Positions 30,755 to 40,227 of a DNA stretch of 64,000 nucleotides are shown here, one piece after another; the first letter of the stretch is position 1, and each line of letters starts with the position of its first letter. The DNA lies in the NCBI GenBank assembly GCA_963835065.1, contig CAWIEK010000001.1, positions 161,344 to 225,343 of the forward strand, read 5' to 3'. The notes below the pieces were generated by a model that saw nothing but the letters and a program-made list of their open reading frames with translations, did not search any database and was not told the DNA's origin. The DNA comes from an uncultured Chthonomonadaceae bacterium. GTDB taxonomy: Bacteria > Armatimonadota > Chthonomonadetes > Chthonomonadales > Chthonomonadaceae. Position numbers and translations under genes: made by a program.

Positions 30755-32152
30755 GTGAAGCCGAAACAGAATTACGTCGTTATTTGTACCAAGCGGGGTA
30801 ATCATAGCATATTGCCGCAAGTCCGTCAAGCGCTTTGCGGACTTTTTGTAAAATTTTGTCTGCTTATTTTCACCTGCTTGTTCGCGTCCGCATGTTCCGC
30901 GCAGCAGGAAACAGGCAGGGAAACCGAAGCGGCAACCGGAACGGCGGTAAGCGGGGTACAAACCGGGCTGGATGTGTTGATTGCGCAAAATTTCGCGCCC
31001 CTGCAAGGCAAGCGTGTCGGCCTGATTACCAATCAAACGGGCATCGCGCGGGACGGCAGGAACAACATTGACATTCTGTTTCACGCGGCGCAACAGTCGA
31101 AACAAGCAAGGCCGGGGAACTTCCGGCTTGTGGCATTGTTCAGCCCGGAGCATGGATTGCGCGGACGCGCGGCGGCAGGGGCAAAAGTCAGCAGCAGCCG
31201 GGATCGGACAACAGGCTTACCGATTTATTCGCTGTACGGCAAAACACAGAAGCCAACGCCCGCGATGCTCCGTAACATAGATATGCTGGTGTTCGACATT
31301 CAGGACATAGGCTCGCGCTCGTATACGTATATCAGCACACTCGGCCTGTGCATGGAAGCGGCGGCGCAAAATCACGTTGCATTCATGGTGCTGGATCGTC
31401 CCAATCCCTCCGGCGGCAATCGCATCGAGGGCAACATTCCCCCGCCCCCGTTTCGCTCGTTTGTCGGCAAGTACCCCGTTCCGTATCTGCACGGCCTCAC
31501 GGTGGGCGAGTTGGCGAAACTGCTGAACGGCGAAAAGTATCTGAGCGGGGGCGTACAGTGCAATTTAACGGTTGTGCCGATGCAGAATTGGCAGCGCGAC
31601 ATGACGTGGGAACAAACGGGTCTGCGCTGGATTGCGCCAAGTCCGCACATTCCGTTTGCGCGTACCGCGTTGTACTATGCGGCGACAGGGCAGGCCGGGG
31701 AACTGTCCGCGCTCAGTATCGGCGTTGGAACGGCTTTGCCGTTTGAATACGCGGGCGCTCCCGGCATGAACGCCAAAGCCTACGCAGCCGAACTGTCACA
31801 GCGCAATTTATCCGGCGTCCAATTCACGCCCGCAGCGTGGACGCCCGAACATGGCGTTTATACCGGCAAACGGTGCGCGGGCGTTCATATCGAATTTACC
31901 GATATACGCGGAGTGGAACTATGCCGCCTGAACTTTGAACTGATGGACGCCGCCCGCAAGGTGATGCCCAATCTGCGCTTTTTTACCGACGGCGAACAAA
32001 CCCGCATGTTCGATCTGGTAAACGGCACGGACGAAGCGCGGCAAGCCTTCGCGCAGGGCAAATCCGCTTCGCAAATCTGGCAGCAGTGGAACAAGGCCGC
32101 GTCCGCTTTCCGTATCCGCCGCCGGCCCTATCTGCTGTACCCGGAAAATTAA
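30755..32152 (+). CDS. DUF1343 / NamZ-like exo-beta-N-acetylmuramidase (start uncertain)
   Basis: GKRVGLITNQTG, FSPEHG, SLYG, FDIQDIGSRSYTY, LDRPNP, PSPHIP. Confidence 0.88.
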   Translation: MKPKQNYVVICTKRGNHSILPQVRQALCGLFVKFCLLIFTCLFASACSAQQETGRETEAATGTAVSGVQTGLDVLIAQNFAPLQGKRVGLITNQTGIARDGRNNIDILFHAAQQSKQARPGNFRLVALFSPEHGLRGRAAAGAKVSSSRDRTTGLPIYSLYGKTQKPTPAMLRNIDMLVFDIQDIGSRSYTYISTLGLCMEAAAQNHVAFMVLDRPNPSGGNRIEGNIPPPPFRSFVGKYPVPYLHGLTVGELAKLLNGEKYLSGGVQCNLTVVPMQNWQRDMTWEQTGLRWIAPSPHIPFARTALYYAATGQAGELSALSIGVGTALPFEYAGAPGMNAKAYAAELSQRNLSGVQFTPAAWTPEHGVYTGKRCAGVHIEFTDIRGVELCRLNFELMDAARKVMPNLRFFTDGEQTRMFDLVNGTDEARQAFAQGKSASQIWQQWNKAASAFRIRRRPYLLYPEN

Positions 32153-32209
32153 AAGCGATTTAGCCGCAAATACACGCAAATGGACGCAAATAGAGTAGGA
32201 TTAGCCATC

Positions 32210-33589
32210 ATGAAAATCAATCGCAAAAAAGTCAGCAAAGTATTCGGAGCCATCGGCGCTACGATTACCATCGGCGTTCCCTTATGCGCGTGGTGGCTCG
32301 AAGCGGCAAGCCAGCATGGACTGCGCGAAATCCGGCAGCAGATACGGCACGAGGGGCTGCCGCTCACGCCTGCCGACTTGCAGCGCCCGATGCCGCCCGC
32401 CAACCGCAATGCCGCGCTGGAGTACGCGCAGTTGACGCAGTTGCTGAAAGCCAACCCCCTGAGCGGCGAGGCGGCAGTTCTTAACGAAGTGAAGCGCGAT
32501 GTGCCCTCGCCCGCAGGCAACATGCAGCAGATTCGTTCCGCCCTGCTGTTGCGCCGGGATGTGACCGCGCTGGTTCATCAGGCCGCCCAAAAGCCGGAAT
32601 GTAACTTTAATCGCGATTACAGTCAGGGCTACAATCTGCTGCTGCCGGAGTACGCCGCCATGCGCAGCGGGCTGCGCGTTCTGACCAACGAAAGCGCCCT
32701 GTTGCTTTATGATGGCAAGCCCTTGGACGCGATACGCAATGAAACACTCGGCTTCGCGATGGCGAAACACGCGCAAACCGATCCCATTCTCATCGGCAAA
32801 CTCGTCAGCGTTGCCCTCAATGCCATTACGCTGCATTTCATGGAGCGTGTTTTGTACACAGCGGGCGAGCAGCCGGGCGTGGCGCAGGCCGTCGAAAACG
32901 CTGTTGCCGACAACTGGCAAACCGTCAGCATGGCGGACGGGATGCGCGGCGAACTCGTTGCGGATGAAGTAACATTTGCCCAACTCCGCGCCGGAACCCT
33001 GCGCGACAACGATTTGAAGCCGGGAGAAAAGCCTGACTCGACGCCGCATCGTTCGCCTTCGTTTGTGGGCACAGCGCTCATGAGCGCCAACGAACTGCAC
33101 TTGCTGCGCTATGTCCACAGCAGCATTGCCGCCGCTTCCCTGCCGCCGCGCGAAAGCCAGGCGAAACTCGACGCGTTGGAACACGAGGCTTTGCGCTACG
33201 AACACTTGCCGACGCGCTCGATTGCCGCGATCATGGTTCCTGTCTTCTCGCAGGCGCGAACCAAGCAGACCCAGGGCGAAGCGCAGCAGGCTGTTGTCCA
33301 TGCGGCGGCGGCAGTGATGGCATATAAGCAGCAGAATGGCAGATTACCGAACACGCTGAATCAGGCGATGCAAACGGTTCCCGCCGACCCGTTCGATCAA
33401 CAGCCCCTGCGCTATCGTCTGGACGGCGACGGCTTCGTGGTTTACAGCGCCGGGCCGACAGGCAAATTCGACGGCGGCACGGCGAACACAAAGCCGAACA
33501 GTTATGAAAGCGTGTTTCGCTTCCCGATGCCCGTCTGGTACACGCAGGCTCCGACTTCGGCGGCGTCTGCTTCCACGCCGACGCCATAA
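32210..33589 (+). CDS. Membrane-anchored hypothetical protein with a pseudopilin-G-like C-terminal tail
   Basis: N-terminal TM; G.PLT...NAA..Y; LIGKLVSVA; GRLPNTL...PADPFDQQPLRY...VVYSAGP. Confidence 0.8.
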   Translation: MKINRKKVSKVFGAIGATITIGVPLCAWWLEAASQHGLREIRQQIRHEGLPLTPADLQRPMPPANRNAALEYAQLTQLLKANPLSGEAAVLNEVKRDVPSPAGNMQQIRSALLLRRDVTALVHQAAQKPECNFNRDYSQGYNLLLPEYAAMRSGLRVLTNESALLLYDGKPLDAIRNETLGFAMAKHAQTDPILIGKLVSVALNAITLHFMERVLYTAGEQPGVAQAVENAVADNWQTVSMADGMRGELVADEVTFAQLRAGTLRDNDLKPGEKPDSTPHRSPSFVGTALMSANELHLLRYVHSSIAAASLPPRESQAKLDALEHEALRYEHLPTRSIAAIMVPVFSQARTKQTQGEAQQAVVHAAAAVMAYKQQNGRLPNTLNQAMQTVPADPFDQQPLRYRLDGDGFVVYSAGPTGKFDGGTANTKPNSYESVFRFPMPVWYTQAPTSAASASTPTP

Positions 33590-33647
33590 ATTCGCTCCAA
33601 CGCACTACAACGGGGAACTGTTCACGTTTGCAAACGGAGAATTCTGC

Positions 33648-34568
33648 ATGAAACGCTTTCGCCTGCTGCTGATTGCCCTGTTTCTGCTGCTCACCTGCGG
33701 GCTGCTGTTCGTCGCGTTTGTTACATTGGACACGCGCAGCGCCCGCGAATTGGCGCAGGTGAGACAGCAGGTTCACGCCGCCGGATTGCCACTGGAACCG
33801 CGCGAACTGGCGCAGCCACAGCCGCCCGAAGAAGAAAACGCCGCGCCGCTGTATGTGCAGTTGAACAGCTACTATACGACACATCCTTTAACGGGCGCGG
33901 ACCTGATTCTGGATACTACGAAGGGCGTCCGGCTACCAACCCCGCAGGAACACGCGCAGCTGCGGCAAGGGGTGCAGCATCGGCAGGACATTTTGCGGCG
34001 TGTGCATCAGGCGGCAAAGCGTCCGTTTTGCGCGTTCAACCGAAATTACGCGCAGGGCGCGAGTCTGCTGCTGCCGGAATATGCCAAAATGCGAGCGGGC
34101 GTTCGCGCATTGACGGCGGAAAGTACCCTCCTGCTGGCTGATGGTAAGCCGCTGGACGCGATTCAAAACCAAGAATTGGGTTTCAAAACGGCGCAACATG
34201 CTGCCACCGCCCCGATACTTATCGCCAATCTTGTCGCAGTGGCGCTGGACGCGATTACCTTGCGCAATATGGAAAAAGTTCTGTATGCTGCAGGAGAACA
34301 ACCGAGAGTGGCGCAGGCGGTGGAACAAAGCATTGCGCAAAACTGGAAACCGCACAGCCTCGCCTACGGAATGCGCGGCGAGTTTATTCTCTCCACTGTG
34401 GAAATAGAGCGGATGCGCAAAGCCGGGCCGGGTTCCATAAAAGATTTGGGCGTAACTTTGGACGGCTTCAAAGGCGCGATGCAGAAGTTCGCCCTCCGAC
34501 AACCTGCCAACTGGCAGACGTTCCTCAACAGGAAGGAAAAATGTCAGGGAAAGTTGAAATTGGCGTAG
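33648..34568 (+). pseudogene. C-terminally truncated tandem paralog of 32210..33589
   Basis: Aligns over about 250 aa (FNRNYAQG.LLLPEYA.MR.G.R.LT.ES, GMRGE) then ends without the DPF tail. Confidence 0.65.
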
Positions 34569-34747
34569 CGGAACCGCCCTGCGCCTCGTCCAACCGGTAT
34601 GTTGTCGCGTTCCGCCGGGATGCCGTTGCCCTGCGTGGAACGTTTGCGCGGCGTCAGCCGTGTCAGGCTGAAGTAAACGCTGCGATACTGATAGTTCGCC
34701 ACTATTTCGACTGCCTGAACCAAGCCCGAACTGAAAAGGAGCCGTCC

Positions 34748-35143
34748 GTGAAGAACCCGCGATTATGGGGCAAGCCCCTGCTTATTCTGCACCTGTTGTT
34801 TTGCTGCCTGTGGCTGTATATGTTCGAGACCCGGCAGGAACCGGCGGATTGGATGGTTTTACTGGTGCTGTGGACGATTGTGGGTATCCAGTTTACGTGG
34901 GGCTTCACAGTCGGGCTGATTGTCGGGCCGGGGCGGGCGAAGCGCGCGAACCTGTGGTGGAGCCTGCTGCTGAGTTTCCTGCCGTTGTACTGGTTTTACC
35001 ATTTGTCGCTGCTGGTGGGGGATGCGTTCGGCGCGTTTTGGGGCGGCATGTACTTTTTGACGTTTGTGGCAATCGTGGCAAGCGAAACGTTCTGCGGCGT
35101 CCTGCTCGGCGCAAAAGCCCATGTCGGCATCCTTGGGGAGTAG
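34748..35143 (+). CDS. Hypothetical 4-TM membrane protein
   Basis: AAGGAG RBS before GTG 34748; four hydrophobic segments. Confidence 0.7.
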   Translation: MKNPRLWGKPLLILHLLFCCLWLYMFETRQEPADWMVLLVLWTIVGIQFTWGFTVGLIVGPGRAKRANLWWSLLLSFLPLYWFYHLSLLVGDAFGAFWGGMYFLTFVAIVASETFCGVLLGAKAHVGILGE

Positions 35144-35252
35144 GCGTCAGGCATCAGGCATCAGGCATCAGGCATTAGTGAGGAGAAAGGAAAAAGGAGA
35201 AAGAGACGAGACGCAATCCACAATCGTCAATCGAAAATCGAAAATCCAACAT

Positions 35253-35350
35253 GGGGGCGAATGGGGTCTGGTGGCCTTCACGGTCTTCAAAACCGTTTGC
35301 GTGGCGGCTAATCCGTCATGGGTGAGTTCGATTCTCACGCGCTCCCGCCA
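35253..35350 (+). tRNA. selC: tRNA-Sec (UCA)
   Basis: 98 nt; anticodon arm ACGGT-CTTCAAA-ACCGT; long variable arm; T arm GTGAG-TTCGATT-CTCAC; extended acceptor stem, G discriminator, CCA. Confidence 0.93.
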
Positions 35351-35371
35351 TTTTTCGCATTGTATTCGCCG

Positions 35372-35573
35372 GAGCCGGGTATTTTCAACGCCTCCTGTGA
35401 AATAGCGCCCGTGTGGTTGCCAGGGGTTGAAAACCCCTGTCTGGACAAAGCAAGCGTCTTTCAGACGCGCCCCTGCTTTCTGGAAGTTGCGTCTGCAAGA
35501 CGCTTGCACTTTCCTGCCGGGTACTTTCAGTACCCGGCCAGTATTTTCACAGCGAACGTTTTCAACACCCGGC
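35372..35573. repeat. Cluster of family A REP-like palindromes arranged as an inverted pair
   Basis: CAGGGGTTGAAAACCCCTG...CAAGCGTC and GACGCTTGCACTTTCCTGCCGGGTACTTTCAGTACCCGGC plus partial copies. Confidence 0.7.
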
Positions 35574-35600
35574 AGAGGGCTTGGTGAGGTAAAAGCGCCG

Positions 35601-36938
35601 TTACGCTTTGCCTACATCCGGGTGTGTCCAAGGGCGGCGGTAGGGGCGTTTGAGCAGGCGGTTGGCTTCCTCATCGTGCAGAACCATTTGTTTGACAGCG
35701 TCCCAGGTTAGGGAGCGGCCTAACTGCATGGAAATGTTTGCCAGAATACACGTTGCCGTCGAGATATAGCCCTCTTCAATGTCGGCAACCGGGCGACTCC
35801 GATTGGCAATGGCGCGCATCATATCCTTCATGTGGTAGCGAATAGCGGGCGCGACGTGCCGCTCCAAATCCTTTTCGGTCCTGTCTATCGGGTACTGCTC
35901 CAACTCATACGTAACGTCTTTGTGAACCGGCGGACCCTGATTGGGAATAAAGTCGTAGCCCATCACGCTGACTTTTAACGTGCCCTTGTCGCCGTAATAA
36001 GTTGCGCCCCAGGGATACTGCGGATCGTTGGCCGCGCCCCATGTCCGGTGCTGCCACAACATCTGCGTGTCGCCGTAATCGAAAATCGCGGACTGCGTAT
36101 CCGAAATGTTGGCTTTCGCGGCCTTGTCCATCAGGATGCCGCCCGTAGACGAAATGGTTTTCGGCCAGCCCAAGCCGAGTATCCAGCGCGACATATCCAG
36201 CATGTGAACGCACATATCGCCCACGATGCCGTTGCCGTACTCCATGAACGCCCGCCAGCCGCGCGGGTGCGCAATCGGGTTGTACGGGCGCAGGGGAGCC
36301 GGGCCTGTCCACATTTCCCAATCCAGCCATTCGGGCGGCTTTTCATCGGGCGGATTGGAATTGTTGCGCATGTGGTAGTAGCAGTAGGTTTCCACCAGCC
36401 CGACTTTGCCCAATTTGCCTTCGCGTACCAGATCGCGGGCTTCGGCAATGTGGGGCGTACTGCGGCGTTGCGTACCGATCTGCACCACGCGGTTGTGCTT
36501 GCGGGCGGCGGCAAGCATCGCCTGCCCCTCGCGCACATCCACGCTGATAGGCTTCTGGCAATACACGTCCGCGCCCGCTTCCACCGCCGCGATCATCGGC
36601 AGGGCATGCCAGTGGTCGGGCGTGGCGATCAGCACAATATCCAGATCTTTGGGCTTGAGCATCTCGCGGTAATCGGCGTACATGCGCGGTTTTTGATGGG
36701 AAATCTGACGGGACGCGATCTGTTCCGCCGCGTCCGCCAGCATCCGCTTGTCCACATCGCAGATAGACACCACTTCGACGGGCGCGACTTGTATCAGGCG
36801 GAACAAATCGCACTTGCCGTACCAGCCCGTTCCAATCAGCCCGACGCGCGGCTCATGGTCGGCAAACTCCTCGCCAAAAGCCCGCGTTCCCGTCAATGTC
36901 ATTCCCGCCGCAGCGGTCAGAAATCCTCTTCGATCCAT
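35601..36938 (-). CDS. Tat-exported Gfo/Idh/MocA oxidoreductase
   Basis: MDRRGFL signal, GLIGTGWYG, ATPDHWH, YCQKP, WTGPAP, GDMCVH. Confidence 0.92.
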   Translation of the reverse strand: MDRRGFLTAAAGMTLTGTRAFGEEFADHEPRVGLIGTGWYGKCDLFRLIQVAPVEVVSICDVDKRMLADAAEQIASRQISHQKPRMYADYREMLKPKDLDIVLIATPDHWHALPMIAAVEAGADVYCQKPISVDVREGQAMLAAARKHNRVVQIGTQRRSTPHIAEARDLVREGKLGKVGLVETYCYYHMRNNSNPPDEKPPEWLDWEMWTGPAPLRPYNPIAHPRGWRAFMEYGNGIVGDMCVHMLDMSRWILGLGWPKTISSTGGILMDKAAKANISDTQSAIFDYGDTQMLWQHRTWGAANDPQYPWGATYYGDKGTLKVSVMGYDFIPNQGPPVHKDVTYELEQYPIDRTEKDLERHVAPAIRYHMKDMMRAIANRSRPVADIEEGYISTATCILANISMQLGRSLTWDAVKQMVLHDEEANRLLKRPYRRPWTHPDVGKA

Positions 36939-36951
36939 AGTGTTCTTCTAT

Positions 36952-37863
36952 CTATTGACTCCCAACGCCCTTGACGCGCATTTTCATGGCGTACAGGCCT
37001 TTGCTGGCCGTGATGAACAGGGTGTGCATGTCCTTGCCGCCGAAGCACACGTTGCCCGTCCAATCCTCCTGAATGGGGATATGCTCGATCTGCTTGCCGG
37101 CCTTGTCGAAGACGGTTACGCCCTGCCCGGTCAGGTACACATTGCCTTCGTTGTCAATGGTCATGCCGTCGGAGCCGAGTTCGCAAAACAGGCGCTTGTT
37201 CTTCAGCGAACCGTCGCGCTGAATATCGTACACGTAGGTTTTTTTGGCGTCAATGTCGGACACATACAGGGTTTTGCCGTCGGGAGTGCCGATGATGCCG
37301 TTGGGCTGCGTCAGGTCGCTGGCAACCCGCGTCAGCTTCTTGTGGTCGGGCGGCAGATAGTACACGCCATGCACATCCTGCTCAATCGGGCCGCGCTTCC
37401 AGTAATCGCGCTTGTAGTACGGGTCGCTGAAGTACAACCCGCCGTCCGGGCGCAGCCATACGTCGTTGGGGCCGTTGAGCAATTTCTGGTTGTAGTCCTT
37501 GATGATGACGGTTGGCTTGCCGTCCGGGGAAATGCGCCACATCTCGTTTTTCTCGTCGGCACACGCCCACAGGTCGCCATGCTTGTCAAAGCACAGGCCA
37601 TTGGAACGCCCGCACGGCTCCATGAATTTCGTCAGTTTGCCGTCTATGCTCCACTTCCAGATGCGGTCGTTGGGCTGATCCGTAAAGTACACGTTGCCGT
37701 GCGCGTCCGAAGCCGGCCCTTCCGTAAACAGAAAGCCGTCCGCCAGTTTTTCCAACTGCGCCCCCTGCGCGATGATGCCGCCCTGCCCCGCCTGCGCGAT
37801 GCTCGCCACCACCCCGAACGCCGCAAGACACGCCAGCGCCCCTATCCATTTCAGTTGTATCAT
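36952..37863 (-). CDS. SMP-30/gluconolactonase family protein
   Basis: FTEGPA, SNGL, LNGPNDV, PNGI, SDGMTID; AAGGAG RBS and signal peptide. Confidence 0.9.
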   Translation of the reverse strand: MIQLKWIGALACLAAFGVVASIAQAGQGGIIAQGAQLEKLADGFLFTEGPASDAHGNVYFTDQPNDRIWKWSIDGKLTKFMEPCGRSNGLCFDKHGDLWACADEKNEMWRISPDGKPTVIIKDYNQKLLNGPNDVWLRPDGGLYFSDPYYKRDYWKRGPIEQDVHGVYYLPPDHKKLTRVASDLTQPNGIIGTPDGKTLYVSDIDAKKTYVYDIQRDGSLKNKRLFCELGSDGMTIDNEGNVYLTGQGVTVFDKAGKQIEHIPIQEDWTGNVCFGGKDMHTLFITASKGLYAMKMRVKGVGSQ

Positions 37864-38117
37864 GTTCGCCGCACTCCTTTGTGATTTTCGATTGACGATT
37901 TGTCGATTGACGATTGGGGATTTTCGATTGGCTTTCGTCCGGCCTGTCTTCCCTGTTCGCTTTATCGAGTTCGCCTTGTCAAGTAAATACGACAGCAGGA
38001 CGGCAATGCCCTGCATAATCGCGCAATTTGTCGTATCTTACAGGAAAAGAGTAGACTGAAGCGGAATTTTATAAGAATACTACTGCTCACAGTCGGTAAG
38101 CAACAAAGGAAAACACG

Positions 38118-38708
38118 ATGTCATTTTTCGTCGCCACGCGAAAGGATATGGAACCGGGCTTGATGGCAGCGGAGCAACAACTCCGTCTGAAATATATCCC
38201 CTGCATTCGCTATCCTTCACCCGACTACACGGTTTATTATTCCGCGCTGGACATACCGGAACTGGGGACAACAAAGTCGCCCTATGTGTGTTCCTCACCG
38301 GCTACGCACTACCTTGTTTTTGAGCGGGATGCCGAAGTCAATGTCGAAAGAGTCGCTGTTGATCCTAAAGCTGGTAACTCCTACTTCCGCCTTGACGCCG
38401 AGGCAAACCCCTATGCATTGGAATTTTATCCGGGTGGTTGGTATACAGGAGACAGTTACCAGGGCGATTTCCTTATGGGAGGATGCCTTTGGACGGTATA
38501 TAAAACTCCCCAGGTCGCGGAAGAAACTTACAAACTCTTCGACAAGTCATTGACGCACAAGTTCAAAAGACTGAAGGCAACCTTGTACGATAGGCGTCGC
38601 TGGCGCGTTGGACCGGAAGCCTATGCTGCGTTGGAGCGTGGTGTACGCCTCGTTACGGAAAGAATTGACTGGCCTGCTGAGGATGATGTACAACTTCCCG
38701 CCAAGTAA
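38118..38708 (+). CDS. Hypothetical protein, lower GC, immunity-protein-like
   Basis: AAGGA RBS; FFVATRKD...IPELG...YLV...NP...F.PGG...VGPEA...G.RL pattern recalled from small accessory proteins. Confidence 0.7.
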   Translation: MSFFVATRKDMEPGLMAAEQQLRLKYIPCIRYPSPDYTVYYSALDIPELGTTKSPYVCSSPATHYLVFERDAEVNVERVAVDPKAGNSYFRLDAEANPYALEFYPGGWYTGDSYQGDFLMGGCLWTVYKTPQVAEETYKLFDKSLTHKFKRLKATLYDRRRWRVGPEAYAALERGVRLVTERIDWPAEDDVQLPAK

Positions 38709-38788
38709 GAATTGACCGTTGGTTCGCCGCCGCACAAACAGAAGCCAGTACAATTCCGCAGGCAAAATATAACAATACCGCTGCAAAA

Positions 38789-40015
38789 GTGGGAGAAACA
38801 GATTTGAAACCAGCTAACAGGAAATCGGCGATTTTGACAATAGGAGCGTTGTGCTTTATGCCTCTGCAAAGTGGGCAGGCGCGGCAGAATACGCCCCTGA
38901 CGCGGCAAAACACGGCCACGAAATGGACGCATGGAATGTCTGCCGATGCCGGTTACTTTCCCATTGCCGTGTGGCTGCAAAGCCCCGAAAATGCGGCCCG
39001 GTACAAAGCGGCGGGCATTAACCTGTATGTCGCGCTCTGGCAGGGGCCGACCGAAGCGCAGATTGCCGCGCTCAAGGCCGCGCAGATGCCGGTTATCTGC
39101 GCGCAAAACGAGGTTGGGTTGGCGCATAAAGACGACGCGACGATTGTGGCCTGGATGCACGGCGATGAGCCGGACAACGCGCAGCCCGTTTCCGACCCCA
39201 AAACCGGCAAGCAGACTTATGGCCCCTGCATTCCGCCGTCCCGCATCGTTACGGATTACGAGCGGCTGCGCGCGCAAGACCCCACACGCCCCATTCTGCT
39301 GAATTTGGGGCAGGGCGTGGCAAACGACGATTGGAAGGGAAGGGGCGCGGGCGCTTCCTTAAAGGATTACGAAACCTACGTGAAGGGCGGCGACCTTGTC
39401 TCGTTCGACGTGTACCCGGTTGCGGGCATGGACAAAGCGGACGGAGAAAACTATCTGTGGTACGTGCCGAAGGGCGTGGACAGGCTTCGGGAATGGACGG
39501 CGGGGCGCAAAGCCGTGTGGAACTGCGTCGAGTGTACGCGCATCGGGAGCGGCAAAAAGCCTACGCCCGAACAGGTGCGTTCCGAAGTCTGGATGGCGCT
39601 GGTTCACGACTCCAAAGGCTTGATCTACTTCGCGCATGAATTCGCGCCCAAATTCAACGAACACGCTTTGCTGGACGATCCCGAAATGCTGGCGGCAATC
39701 ACGGCTCTCAACCGCCAAATCCAAACCCTTGCCCCGGTTTTGAACAGTCCCACGCTGCCGGATGCTGCCGCCGTTGCTTCCTCTTCCCCGCAGACACCGG
39801 TTGACGTGATGGTAAAGCGGCAGGGAAACGCAACGTATCTGTTCGCTGTCGGGATGCGCAACGCTCCCACGCAGGGAACCTTCACGCTCCGCAATATGCC
39901 GACAGCTGCACGCGCCGAAGTTCTGGGCGAATCCCGAACCGTTCCCATCAAGAACGGGCAGTTTACGGACGATTTCAACCCCTACGCAGTACATCTGTAC
40001 CGAATCACGCCATGA
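38789..40015 (+). CDS. Putative glycoside-hydrolase-like protein
   Basis: FPIAVWLQ, DEPDNAQ, SFDVYP, WNCVECT, WMALVH..KGLIYF; beta-rich C-terminus. Confidence 0.65.
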   Translation: MGETDLKPANRKSAILTIGALCFMPLQSGQARQNTPLTRQNTATKWTHGMSADAGYFPIAVWLQSPENAARYKAAGINLYVALWQGPTEAQIAALKAAQMPVICAQNEVGLAHKDDATIVAWMHGDEPDNAQPVSDPKTGKQTYGPCIPPSRIVTDYERLRAQDPTRPILLNLGQGVANDDWKGRGAGASLKDYETYVKGGDLVSFDVYPVAGMDKADGENYLWYVPKGVDRLREWTAGRKAVWNCVECTRIGSGKKPTPEQVRSEVWMALVHDSKGLIYFAHEFAPKFNEHALLDDPEMLAAITALNRQIQTLAPVLNSPTLPDAAAVASSSPQTPVDVMVKRQGNATYLFAVGMRNAPTQGTFTLRNMPTAARAEVLGESRTVPIKNGQFTDDFNPYAVHLYRITP

Positions 40016-40030
40016 CTACAGTTTTAGTTC

Positions 40031-40219
40031 CAATACCGTTCAAATAAGAGTTCGTAGGGGCACAACATGTTGTGCCCGCGTTTCTAACCGTGCCCGCCGC
40101 TCGCATTGCAGGAAGAGGGTACGCCGTAGGAAGAGGGTACGCCGTAGGAAGAGGACACAACATGTTGTGTCCCTACGCCATTGTTTTGAGGTGGGAAGGG
40201 TCTTATTTGAACGGTATTG
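40031..40219. mobile_element. 189-bp MITE with 19-bp TIRs, 10-bp target duplication and internal GTAG-type REP pair
   Basis: TIR CAATACCGTTCAAATAAGA at both ends; GTTTTAGTTC at 40021-40030 and 40220-40229. Confidence 0.88.
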
Positions 40220-40227
40220 GTTTTAGT

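Noticed and set aside
34541..34747. N-terminal extension of the 34541..35143 ORF
   Set aside because: A better RBS and start lie at 34748; the extension looks like junction sequence after the truncated paralog.
40108..40156. 18-bp tandem repeat as a possible CRISPR array
   Set aside because: Units are adjacent with no unique spacers, lie inside a MITE, and there are no cas genes.
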